Positions 17,129-25,814 of a stretch of DNA of 28,698 bases are shown here, piece by piece (position 1 is the first letter of the stretch; every line of letters begins with the position of its first letter). The stretch is from Colwellia polaris (lineage in GTDB: Archaea; Nanohalarchaeota; Nanosalinia; Nanosalinales; Nanosalinaceae), in contig JBLGBK010000010.1 in NCBI GenBank assembly GCA_047617785.1, positions 1 to 28,698 on the forward strand. Direction: 5' to 3'. The translations under genes and the position numbers were made by a program. The notes under the pieces are model-generated. The model was not told the DNA's origin. It made no database searches and saw only the letters and a list, made by a program, of their open reading frames with translations.

Positions 17129-18325
17129 CTAGTTAGATGAGACTATCTCGATAACATCTAAATGCTCAAGCTTGTGATCGCCGCTGATCTGACGATTTTC
17201 TCGGCAATCAATGGCATGAATAAATCCTTCTCCGAGATCGCTGTGAATGGTGTATGCAAAGTCTTCAGCATCTGAGCCTTCGGGCACAAGGAAGCAGTCA
17301 GGCAGGATGTTTCCGTGCTCGTCGCCAAGTCCGTCAGCTCCTCCAGGGAAGATAGCCATGACGCCTAGCTCTTCGAAAAGTGCATCTTCTAGTGCCTGCT
17401 GGACACCAGTACCGCCGTACTTCTGCATGAAATCGCCGATCTGCTCTAGACCTTTCTTCTTTTCCTCAGACAAATCGTTAGTTAAAATTTCAAAGTCTTC
17501 GTCGCCAGGATAGTAGTCTACTACGTCCTGCTCGGCTGCGTTCTTCAAAGCCTTTTCTGCGTGCGCACTTGCAGGCACAAAATCAAGGTGTTCATACTCT
17601 GGATCGTTAGTTATTTTTTCCCAGTTCTCCTGTGCTTTTTCTGTATCCATTTTGTTGGCTGAGATGATCATCGGCTTAGTCTCTTTTCTGATCGTCCGTG
17701 CCAGTTGTTTCTTATCGTCTTCATTCCAGGTATCAGGATCTAGTTCAAGTTCTTGCTGTAGTATAAGTTGTTTAATTTCGTTCTTGTTCGTCTGGAACGC
17801 GCTCATCTGTTCAGCTAGCTCTTCCTCAAGCTTTACGTCCTGTGGACCTTTCTTTGACTCATATCTTTCAATTCCTTTCTCCAGTACTTCGAAATACCAC
17901 ATATCTAGTTCTTCTTCAAGGAAGTCGATGTCCTCTCTCGGGTCGTGGCCTTCTGTTGGTTCTCCTTCAATATCTGTTTCTCCGGAGAAATCTACTATGT
18001 GAATTAGTACGTCTGCTTCGTTCAGGTCGGTTAGGAATTTGTTTCCCAGTCCTTTTCCCTCGTGTGCTCCGGGGATTAGTCCTGCGACGTCGACAAGTTT
18101 TACTGGTACGTGTCGTATTCCCTCGTGGCAGAATCCTACTCTTGGATCACATTCTTCGCCGAAGTCGGGTGCTGCGCATTCTACGCGTACGTATGCTTCT
18201 CCGACGCTTGGATCGATTGTTGTGAAAGGATAATTTCCTTCATCAACTGAGTTCATTGTTGCTGCGTTGAAGAATGTAGATTTGCCGACGGATGGTTTTC
18301 CGACTAAACCGATTTTGTAAGGCAT
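17129..18325 (-). CDS. ychF: OBG-family translation-associated GTPase/ATPase (archaeal YchF/Ygr210 type) with TGS domain
   Basis: GKPSVGKST, YPFTTI, DVAGL, GLGNKFL, NKMD; C-terminal LPDCFLV..GS..DFAYTIHSDL TGS region. Confidence 0.9.
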   Translation of the reverse strand: MPYKIGLVGKPSVGKSTFFNAATMNSVDEGNYPFTTIDPSVGEAYVRVECAAPDFGEECDPRVGFCHEGIRHVPVKLVDVAGLIPGAHEGKGLGNKFLTDLNEADVLIHIVDFSGETDIEGEPTEGHDPREDIDFLEEELDMWYFEVLEKGIERYESKKGPQDVKLEEELAEQMSAFQTNKNEIKQLILQQELELDPDTWNEDDKKQLARTIRKETKPMIISANKMDTEKAQENWEKITNDPEYEHLDFVPASAHAEKALKNAAEQDVVDYYPGDEDFEILTNDLSEEKKKGLEQIGDFMQKYGGTGVQQALEDALFEELGVMAIFPGGADGLGDEHGNILPDCFLVPEGSDAEDFAYTIHSDLGEGFIHAIDCRENRQISGDHKLEHLDVIEIVSSN

Positions 18326-18406
18326 AACTTATTCGGGAGGTCGAATTCTTAAAAATCGGATACTGGAACTCGGGAATCTTATAACATTCCAGCAGAAACC
18401 AGTTTT

Positions 18407-18781
18407 ATGAGAAAGCTAAAACTCCCAGGAAGAGATCAGACACGACCAAGACTGTCTGAAGACGACGTAGAGTTGATACAGTCTCTGGGGATAAACAATA
18501 TTAGAGAACAGGCTCGTGGGATGGTTGAAAGATATCTGAAAAGACCTCAGTCTGATAAAAAAGTCCCGACAGCTGGCAACCCGGTATACAAGGCGATGCA
18601 TGCATGTAACTGCTCTTCAAGAAGGGAGCTGTCCCGCGCCCATAAAATTCCTGCTAGCGGCCAGCTCTCAAAAAGGGATAAGGAATCAATTGTAAATCTT
18701 CTGACTCGGTGGATAGCTAGAGAGTACAATTTCTTCAAAGAAGAAAAAGAAGTGCAGCAGGGAGAGCTTGGAGACTTCTAG
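18407..18781 (+). CDS. DUF4186-like protein with C-terminal PIP-box-like motif
   Basis: VPTAGNPVYKAMHACNCSSRRELSRAHKIP...LS..DKESIVNLLTRWI resembles DUF4186 (TP..GHPVF.AQHAT..CCR..L..WH.IP). Ends in QGELGDF. Confidence 0.65.
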   Translation: MRKLKLPGRDQTRPRLSEDDVELIQSLGINNIREQARGMVERYLKRPQSDKKVPTAGNPVYKAMHACNCSSRRELSRAHKIPASGQLSKRDKESIVNLLTRWIAREYNFFKEEKEVQQGELGDF

Positions 18782-18782
18782 T

Positions 18783-20084
18783 CTAGAAAAAGTCTTCTTT
18801 CTCCAGATGCTCGACTACTTCTTCCTTACCAAGGTTTTCCTCTTCGCCAGAATCCATGTGCTTCATTGTAACTTCATCGTTCTCCAGATCCCGTTCTCCT
18901 ACGATTAAGACACGTTTTGCGTTCATGTCGTCAGCGTATCCGAGTTGGGAACCGAAGCCTCTTGCTGCCAAGTCTGTTTCCACAGATAGCCCTTTCTCTC
19001 TCAACTTGGTTGCATAATCGAGGGCAACATCTCTCACGGATTCACTGACTGATAGAACATAGACATCTGTCTCAACACTCTTGAGAGGGTACCGGTCCTC
19101 CTTCTTCAGCAGTTCGATTGTAGGAGAGTAACCGAACGCGAAACCAACTGCTGGCACTTCTCGATCTCCAAAGGCTCCAACCAGTTCATCGTAACGGCCT
19201 CCGCCGAACAGTGCTCGAAGTTCTCCTTCACTGTCGAAGGCTTCAAACACAAGGCCGGTGTAGTATGCTAGACCTCGTACAATCGAGAGATCAAAACGGC
19301 ACATATCAGCGACACCGTATGACTCAAGTGCTTCGCCTAGAGATTCCATTCGGTCAACTCTATCCTGAACTTCTTCCGGTGCTTTCTCCCGTAGTTCCTC
19401 AATGTTGTCTAATATAGGACCTGATATATCTGTTAGTTCATCTACCTGTTCTGCATCCGCACGTGAAAGGCCTCGTTCTTCTAGATCTTCCAAGAATTCT
19501 TCCTGTGTAAGTTTTTCCTTGTCATCTACGACTTTCATAGCTTCCTCTGTCTTCTCAATACCATGAGCTTCGAGGATTGATTCAAGTAGAGCTCGATCAT
19601 TTATAAGGAACTTTACACGGTCATCAAGATCCAATTTCTGGAAGATTGTAGCTGCAGCTGCTATGATCTCTGCGTCGGCTTCAACAGATTCAATCCCGAA
19701 GATATCGAAGTCTCCTTGAAGAAATTCGCGGTCACGACCTTTAGTAACGTCTTCGTATCTCCACCGCTTGGATGTGTTGTACCACTTGACCGGTTTCTTC
19801 AGATCTTTCCTCTTCTGGACAAGCCTTGCTCTTGTAGGTGTCTGCTCCGGCACCAGCGTGATATCGTTATCTCCTTTATCTGTGAACGCGTACATTTCAT
19901 CTGTTACTGAGTCCTCTTCTTTTTCTGTCCATAGTTCCTGCCTTTCGATGCTTGGCGGATCGATATGCCGGAATCCGAACTCTTCTGCTGTCTCTTCTAC
20001 GGTTTCAATCAGTTTTTTCAGAGTCGCAAAGTCTTCCGGGTACCGATCATAGGTTCCTTTCAGGCTTTCCAGGTTAATTGTCAT
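18783..20084 (-). CDS. hisS: histidine--tRNA ligase
   Basis: LKGTYD, RWRYE..KGRDREFLQ, IVRGLAYYTGLVFE, GGGRYDEL, PAVGFAFG; C-terminal anticodon-binding domain. Confidence 0.97.
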   Translation of the reverse strand: MTINLESLKGTYDRYPEDFATLKKLIETVEETAEEFGFRHIDPPSIERQELWTEKEEDSVTDEMYAFTDKGDNDITLVPEQTPTRARLVQKRKDLKKPVKWYNTSKRWRYEDVTKGRDREFLQGDFDIFGIESVEADAEIIAAAATIFQKLDLDDRVKFLINDRALLESILEAHGIEKTEEAMKVVDDKEKLTQEEFLEDLEERGLSRADAEQVDELTDISGPILDNIEELREKAPEEVQDRVDRMESLGEALESYGVADMCRFDLSIVRGLAYYTGLVFEAFDSEGELRALFGGGRYDELVGAFGDREVPAVGFAFGYSPTIELLKKEDRYPLKSVETDVYVLSVSESVRDVALDYATKLREKGLSVETDLAARGFGSQLGYADDMNAKRVLIVGERDLENDEVTMKHMDSGEEENLGKEEVVEHLEKEDFF

Positions 20085-20100
20085 AATTTTTAGCTACCTC

Positions 20101-20958
20101 TTATGCAGTGGTTTTCTCCAATTCTTTAAACGAGTTTTCCGGTTTTGTAGTCCATCGACGCAGATAACTGTCCGCAGTTCGCTCATAACTCAAATTGTTA
20201 TCCTCGGCTGTAGTCCCTGAACCAACTATGTAGACACCTCCAATCTCTGGAGTATCGCCTATCAGCTCTTCTTCCTCATCATAACTAATCTGATTCTCCT
20301 CGGCGTACTCCCGAAACGTTACTGTCTCAACGCCGTCCCAAACATAGTCCGCGATCGAACGCGAGATATCTTCGTAGTCCTGAGAAACCAGAACTTTATC
20401 GATACTGTCACCTCGTTGAAATTGTTCGGAAACCATTGCTGAGAGGCTGACGCCATCATCGATTGGCTCCCGCATCTCATAGTCGTCAACTCTTTCATTC
20501 AAGATTTCTGCAAGATTGATCTTCTTCCGGTTATCACTGCTGTTCTCTCCAAGGTAAACAGTCTCAACGTCGCCGCCCTCGTACTCTTGAAGTTCTACAG
20601 GTTGTTCCAGAAGTTCATCAACTGTCAAATCGTCCGGTGCATACACCTCATCAAAACCAGAATCAAATGTGTAATCTCGGTATCCCGTTACAGGTCCCTC
20701 CTGCGTCTCTACTTGGTCGAATCCATAACGTGGGCTTTTCCTACCTGTATCTATGAATTGGCCTACTTCCTGCCATCCTGGTTGGTTAACTTCATTTAAG
20801 AACTCTTGGCTGATGCTCTCTCTTTTGGCCTCTGCCTTTGATCGACCATTAAACCGATCTGCCAGAAACTCTGAGTCGTAGAATGTTTCATCCAGCGCTT
20901 CTCTGGCTGCTTTCTTGAAATTCCGGCCTTTCCATGGAACACCGATGAACACGTTCAC
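20101..20958 (-). CDS. acidic hypothetical protein
   Basis: 285-aa ORF, GTG start, co-oriented between the AbrB-like gene and hisS with 5- and 16-nt gaps. Confidence 0.7.
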   Translation of the reverse strand: MNVFIGVPWKGRNFKKAAREALDETFYDSEFLADRFNGRSKAEAKRESISQEFLNEVNQPGWQEVGQFIDTGRKSPRYGFDQVETQEGPVTGYRDYTFDSGFDEVYAPDDLTVDELLEQPVELQEYEGGDVETVYLGENSSDNRKKINLAEILNERVDDYEMREPIDDGVSLSAMVSEQFQRGDSIDKVLVSQDYEDISRSIADYVWDGVETVTFREYAEENQISYDEEEELIGDTPEIGGVYIVGSGTTAEDNNLSYERTADSYLRRWTTKPENSFKELEKTTA

Positions 20959-21304
20959 CCTGTTTATTCACTTAGAACCACCTCTACAGTTTTTCCATCG
21001 AACGAGAAACTCTCTACTGAAGAGAAGCTATCGATAAAATTATTGGCTTCTTCAAATCCAGAGACCTGTTTACTCCTAACTTCTACTTTCTCTACAGTTA
21101 TCTTGATTGAGTCGCCAGTTTCGAGACCTAGATTGTTTCTGATTCTTGAAGGAACTGTGATGCGGCCTTTAGAGTCCAGCTGCGCTGAACATGTGAACAC
21201 GTCCACCCTGTAATGGAGAGCTAGAATTGGATCTGTTTAGAAGATTTTGATTATTTTCTGAAACTTGTCGATTCTCCCTTTTCTGGGAGATGAAAACGTC
21301 CACC
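20946..21304. repeat. three copies of a quasi-palindromic TGAAcACGTyCACC element
   Basis: TGAACACGTTCACCCTGT (20946-20963) and TGAACACGTCCACCCTGT (21194-21211) are 17/18 identical; TGAAAACGTCCACC lies at 21291-21304. Confidence 0.6.
20964..21206 (-). CDS. AbrB/MazE/SpoVT family DNA-binding protein
   Basis: AQLDSKGRITVPSRIRNNLGLETGDSIKITVE is the swapped-hairpin signature. Confidence 0.85.
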   Translation of the reverse strand: MDVFTCSAQLDSKGRITVPSRIRNNLGLETGDSIKITVEKVEVRSKQVSGFEEANNFIDSFSSVESFSFDGKTVEVVLSE

Positions 21305-21528
21305 TTTCATTGAAACCACGATACCATTTACTGGCTGCTATATTTTTAAATCGGTTTGGGAAATAGGTGGGAATCCGTCATTTTTATCTTTTGACTGCTC
21401 GAATAATCGATAATATAACTAATGAGGCATGGCAGGAACGTGACGAACTATTGAAAGGCTATTTCTGGCTGATTAAAAAGGGTTATTTTCTTAACAAGGC
21501 GTAACTAAACTACTCTTGGTGTAGACGG

Positions 21529-21921
21529 TTGAAGACTGAAGAACTGGAACAGGTAGTAGAGAATAACGCAGGGATAACTTTCACAAACCTTAAAGAAAAG
21601 CTTGACGGAGCTAACGGCCAGATCCAGTACCACCTTAGAAGAGCTGATATCGAGAAGAAAGGCCGCGGATACGTGAAAAAGGGCTGCTGCCAGAAATGTG
21701 AGCTAAAACAGAAATGCACAGGTACATGTATGAGAACATATCTTCGGAATGACAAGAAGAAAACTATTCTACAGATGCTTGATGAAGATGAAAAAAAGCT
21801 TGATATAGCAGAAGAACTCTCCATTTCACCGGCAACTCTCTCATACCATATTAATCAGCTTGAAGAGGCAAACTTGCTAATTGAGAAAAAGGTAAATCCT
21901 GATATAGAGCCGCTGCTTTAA
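21529..21921 (+). CDS. double winged-HTH protein with central Cys cluster
   Basis: N-terminal VENNAGITFTNLKEKLDGANGQIQYHL and C-terminal DIAEELSISPATLSYHINQLEEANLL HTHs flank CCQKCELKQKCTGTC. TTG start. Confidence 0.75.
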   Translation: MKTEELEQVVENNAGITFTNLKEKLDGANGQIQYHLRRADIEKKGRGYVKKGCCQKCELKQKCTGTCMRTYLRNDKKKTILQMLDEDEKKLDIAEELSISPATLSYHINQLEEANLLIEKKVNPDIEPLL

Positions 21922-21987
21922 ACCCATCTAAAAAGCTTATTTAAAGATAAAGACAGGAAAACCTTTCTATAAGGTGTAAATACTAAA

Positions 21988-22149
21988 ATGGCACAGAAAT
22001 TTGAAGAAGCACAAGAACGTGTTTTCGAGGACGTATACATCTGCAGAAGATGCAACGCAAAGAACAAGACACAGAATCCAGAGAACACAACCTGCAGAAA
22101 GTGCGGTTACAAGCACTTGAGAGCAAAGAACAAGGACTTCGCAGGATAA
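21988..22149 (+). CDS. rpl40e: 50S ribosomal protein L40e
   Basis: Not in the ORF track (53 aa): MAQKFEEAQERVFEDVYICRRCNAKNKTQNPENTTCRKCGYKHLRAKNKDFAG. ICRRCNA.N...CRKCGY..LR signature; AGGTG Shine-Dalgarno-like site upstream. Confidence 0.93.
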   Translation: MAQKFEEAQERVFEDVYICRRCNAKNKTQNPENTTCRKCGYKHLRAKNKDFAG

Positions 22150-22207
22150 ACTCCTGTATCTCTACCCTTTCTAAATACTCTCTTTCATCAAAATAAATTT
22201 CAATTTT

Positions 22208-23410
22208 CTACTCGTAACGTAATGCTTCTGCTGGTTCAAGATCTGCAGCTCTACGTGCAGGAAGTACTCCTGATATAATCCCAAGTATTATTGAGAAAAA
22301 TAGTGCGCCTGCAAGGAGCTCTATACCTAGATATGGTCTTATAGTAAGTTGTGCAAACTGGGTGATTCCCATTGCTCCAAGCCAGGAGAATGATACACCT
22401 ACAATTATCCCTGTAATTCCGCCAAGGAAACCGATGACAGCTGATTCGAGAAGGAATACAAACATTATTTGGCGTCTTTGAGCTCCTATCGCCTTCATAA
22501 CTCCAATCTCTCGTGTACGCTGCGTAACCGAAGTATACATAGTGTTCATAATTCCGACCGCGCCGACAAATAAGGATATAGATGCAATACCTACTACTAC
22601 TCCACTTACTATGCTGAGGATGCTATTGAATGATTCTAGAAGATCTTCTGATGTTGAAACTGTGAAGTCTTCTTCGCCTTCTTCAACATTTCTCCGGTTT
22701 CTAAGGCTTCTTTCAACATCTTCCTTAACTTCAGATGCTTTAAAACCATCTTCCACCTGTGCAAATATCCAGTCAACTCCTTCAGGCCGATCAAGCAGTT
22801 CTCTTGTATGATCGATTTGTAGTATAAGCGCGGTATCAATAGAGGGGTCGCCTGTAGGTTCAAGTATTCCAACAACTCGGTGTTTCTCTCCATTAATATT
22901 GATGTTTGATCTTATCTCCGGATTTTCGGAAAAGACTTGATTAGCTACTTGGCTTCCTATTACAACGTTGGAAGTATCAGTTTCTCTTATCATTCTTCCT
23001 TCTCCTATTTCCATAGCCCAGCTCTCCATTACCAAGTCTTTGTTGTCGTTAGGGATACCTATTATGGGGAGAAAACCGGATTCATCGCCGTATTCTACGC
23101 CCGTATTCATGAATAGTGCGCCTTCAGCTTCAGAAACACCTCTTGCTGATCTTACAGCTATAAGATCTTGTTCGCCAAGGGCAGAGGAGCCTGATATCTG
23201 TCCCTGTGTCTGATCGCCTCCGGGATTGATGAACAACTTGTTTCCTCCTATGGATTCAAACTCTTTCTCAACAGAGGCTTCAAGTCCCTGACCTAGAGAT
23301 ACAAGCGATACAACCGCAGTAATACCGATGAAGATTCCGATAACTGTTAGAGCGGTACGCCTTTTTCTGCGGATAATATTCCTGAAGCTCATTTTAATGT
23401 AATCTATCAT
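22208..23410 (-). CDS. ABC transporter permease, MacB/FtsX (SalY) family
   Basis: RKRRTALTVIGIFIGI, large extracellular domain, ISLFVGAVGIMNTMYTSV.QRTREIGVMKAIGA, PARRAA.L.PAEALRYE. Confidence 0.92.
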   Translation of the reverse strand: MIDYIKMSFRNIIRRKRRTALTVIGIFIGITAVVSLVSLGQGLEASVEKEFESIGGNKLFINPGGDQTQGQISGSSALGEQDLIAVRSARGVSEAEGALFMNTGVEYGDESGFLPIIGIPNDNKDLVMESWAMEIGEGRMIRETDTSNVVIGSQVANQVFSENPEIRSNININGEKHRVVGILEPTGDPSIDTALILQIDHTRELLDRPEGVDWIFAQVEDGFKASEVKEDVERSLRNRRNVEEGEEDFTVSTSEDLLESFNSILSIVSGVVVGIASISLFVGAVGIMNTMYTSVTQRTREIGVMKAIGAQRRQIMFVFLLESAVIGFLGGITGIIVGVSFSWLGAMGITQFAQLTIRPYLGIELLAGALFFSIILGIISGVLPARRAADLEPAEALRYE

Positions 23411-24612
23411 TTGTCGTACCTCAATGCATCTACAGGATTCATTTTAGCTGCTTTTCGTGCAGGTAGAAGCCCTGAAAGTGTGCCTACTAGGAAGGCAAAT
23501 GTGAGTGAACCTATAACTAGTTGCGGACTCATTCCTGGCGTCATTTGTATGCCGACTCTTTGTGATATTATTTGACTTGCTGCAAGACTTATCAGCAATC
23601 CAAGTGCTGTTCCAAGTATTCCTCCGACTAATCCTATTATGCCTGATTCGTATATAAAGACGCGGAGTATCTGCCATTTTGTTGCGCCTACTGCTTTCAT
23701 AACTCCGATTTCTTGGGTTCTTTCAGTTACTGAGGTGTACATAGTGTTCGTTATACCTACTCCTCCGACTAGAAGCGAAATTGCTGCTAGACCTGCTAGG
23801 AATCCTCTTATCAGGCTGAGCTGGCTGGTAAATGAATCGATTATATCGGAAGCTGTATTGGTTGAGAAGTCTTCTTTTCCTTCTTCGACGTTTCTATGGT
23901 TTCTCAAGCTTTCCTGTATGTTTTCTTCTACTTCTGATGGTTCGTATCCTGGACCTATACGTGCTGCAATCCTGTCGTATTCATCTTCTCGACCGGTGAT
24001 GGCTCTTGCAGATTCAATATTCATCAGTATGACCTCGCCAACGTTTCCTGTCGCTTCCACTAATCCAACTGTTCTGTAATCTGTACCGTTAATTTTCAGT
24101 TTGGAACGTATAACTACGTCACGATCATATGTGGTGGTGGCGAGGTTTTCGGAGACCACAATGTTGTATCTATCAGCGCTTCTGAGAAATCTGCCTGCTG
24201 TAGGCTCAAAATTATTTGTCTCTTCAATTAGACTAAGTCCCTCGTCAGTTGGCACTCCTATAACTGTTACAAATTCTGACTGATCACCATACCTAACTCT
24301 CCGATTAAACTGTATAACTCCGGCAGCTTGATCTATTCCACGAGTATTTTCTATAACTTGTAAATCGGTTTCGTCAAGTGTTGCAGTACTAGAAGTAAAA
24401 CGAGATGATATGCTAGTTCCTCCAGGGAATACAAAGACTTTGTCTCCTCCAAGTTGCTGAAACTCCTGCTCAACACTGTTCTCAAGTCCTTGTCCTATGG
24501 ATAGAAGTGCGACTATTGCAAGGATTCCTACGAGGGTTCCAAGAATTGTGAGCCAGGAACGTTTCTTACGGTGCTGGATGTTCCTGGCTGCTAGCCGGAG
24601 GAAGTCAAACAT
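23407..24612 (-). CDS. ABC transporter permease, MacB/FtsX (SalY) family, second paralogue
   Basis: Same motifs (ISLLVGGVGITNTMYTSVTERTQEIGVMKAVGA; PARKAAKMNPVDALRY). Start placed at MFDFLRL (24612), just after the upstream gene's stop; ATGA overlap with the next gene. Confidence 0.92.
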   Translation of the reverse strand: MFDFLRLAARNIQHRKKRSWLTILGTLVGILAIVALLSIGQGLENSVEQEFQQLGGDKVFVFPGGTSISSRFTSSTATLDETDLQVIENTRGIDQAAGVIQFNRRVRYGDQSEFVTVIGVPTDEGLSLIEETNNFEPTAGRFLRSADRYNIVVSENLATTTYDRDVVIRSKLKINGTDYRTVGLVEATGNVGEVILMNIESARAITGREDEYDRIAARIGPGYEPSEVEENIQESLRNHRNVEEGKEDFSTNTASDIIDSFTSQLSLIRGFLAGLAAISLLVGGVGITNTMYTSVTERTQEIGVMKAVGATKWQILRVFIYESGIIGLVGGILGTALGLLISLAASQIISQRVGIQMTPGMSPQLVIGSLTFAFLVGTLSGLLPARKAAKMNPVDALRYDK

Positions 24613-24619
24613 ACGCTTC

Positions 24620-25804
24620 TTACCTTTTCTTTCTCCAGTAGTAGATTCCAGCGCCTGCAATGATCAATACTATTGCTATTGGAATTACAGGGTTTCTGGA
24701 AGAGGTGTTGTAAAGACTTCTTTCTTCCTCTGTCAGGACATCAACTTCAACATCTTTCGTAAATGTCTGTTCTTGACCGTTTTCTTGGTAAGTTACCTGA
24801 ACTGGCATTGTGACTGAGTCAACAGTGTCGTTTGTGTAAATTTCTGTTGAAGCTGTCTGGTAGTCGTCACTACTCATATCTCCGAGATAAACGCTGCTTC
24901 CGGAACGAATTGTGTAGTCTTCGCCGTCCAGTACTTCTATCTGTACGAACTTTGCAGTTCCTTCTCCACGGTTAACAAATCGGAAGTTAACTTCACCTGT
25001 TGAACCTGCGTTGATCGAACCATCATTATTGAGTCCGATATCGATATTTGGTCGTCCGCCAATAACTATTCCTGTGGAAGCTGAGCGACTGATCGATGCT
25101 CCTGCTTCATTCTCATAGCTTAGTGATATTGGAACGGTGTAAACCCCGTTTTCTGCTCCTTCATCAACGTTTAGTGTGTATGAAAGAGTCTTTGTCTGAT
25201 CCGGAGCCATGCTGCTGATTCTTTCGGTTGAAGTTCCAGATACAACTACTGGTGTCTGTTGACCAGGATTTAGACCGAGTTCGATGTTTCTGAAGTATGC
25301 GTTCGCTGTGTTCTCTAAAGTGACGTTCATATGTGTTGTAGTTCCTGAACCTACTGCTGTTGGGAACTCTACCTCTTGGATTACGAGGCCGTCGTCGTCA
25401 GCCTTAAGTTCTACAGGCAGTCGTGCGTTTGTCGTTGAGTCGCTTGTGTCTACTCTGATTTTGAGTTCTTCATCGCGCTGTACCGCGTTGGCATCTACAC
25501 GTACTTGCATACGGAACTCGTAACTGTCACCCTCCTCAAAACTGGCGATACGCCAGCTCTTCTTGTTGTCAGGATCAACTGAGAAAGGATATTCTTCCTC
25601 GAAACGTACTGTGACGTTCTCGAAGTCTTCGTTCATGTTGTTGGTTACTTTGAATCGTACATCGGCATACTGGCCGATCATAAGAGGTGAAGGTTCTGTT
25701 GTCATTTTCTGAACCTCGATGTTTTCGTTTGACTGTGCTGCTGCGCTTGATACGAATCCTGTTAGAAGGATTAAGATTGTAAGTGCTGTTGTTAGTTGTT
25801 TCAT
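24620..25804 (-). CDS. COG1361 S-layer-domain (Ig-fold) membrane-anchored protein associated with the ABC operon
   Basis: Signal peptide from MKQLTTALT (25804); repeated Ig-like modules (VTNN, LEN.A, FVNRG.G.A, VYLGDM..DDY); C-terminal TM followed by WRKKR. Confidence 0.82.
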   Translation of the reverse strand: MKQLTTALTILILLTGFVSSAAAQSNENIEVQKMTTEPSPLMIGQYADVRFKVTNNMNEDFENVTVRFEEEYPFSVDPDNKKSWRIASFEEGDSYEFRMQVRVDANAVQRDEELKIRVDTSDSTTNARLPVELKADDDGLVIQEVEFPTAVGSGTTTHMNVTLENTANAYFRNIELGLNPGQQTPVVVSGTSTERISSMAPDQTKTLSYTLNVDEGAENGVYTVPISLSYENEAGASISRSASTGIVIGGRPNIDIGLNNDGSINAGSTGEVNFRFVNRGEGTAKFVQIEVLDGEDYTIRSGSSVYLGDMSSDDYQTASTEIYTNDTVDSVTMPVQVTYQENGQEQTFTKDVEVDVLTEEERSLYNTSSRNPVIPIAIVLIIAGAGIYYWRKKR

Positions 25805-25814
25805 AGTATAAATT

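Noticed and set aside
20946-21304. CRISPR-like array from the repeated 14-18-bp element
   Set aside because: Repeats are too short, spacing is irregular (248 and 97 bp), they overlap coding starts, and no cas genes are present.
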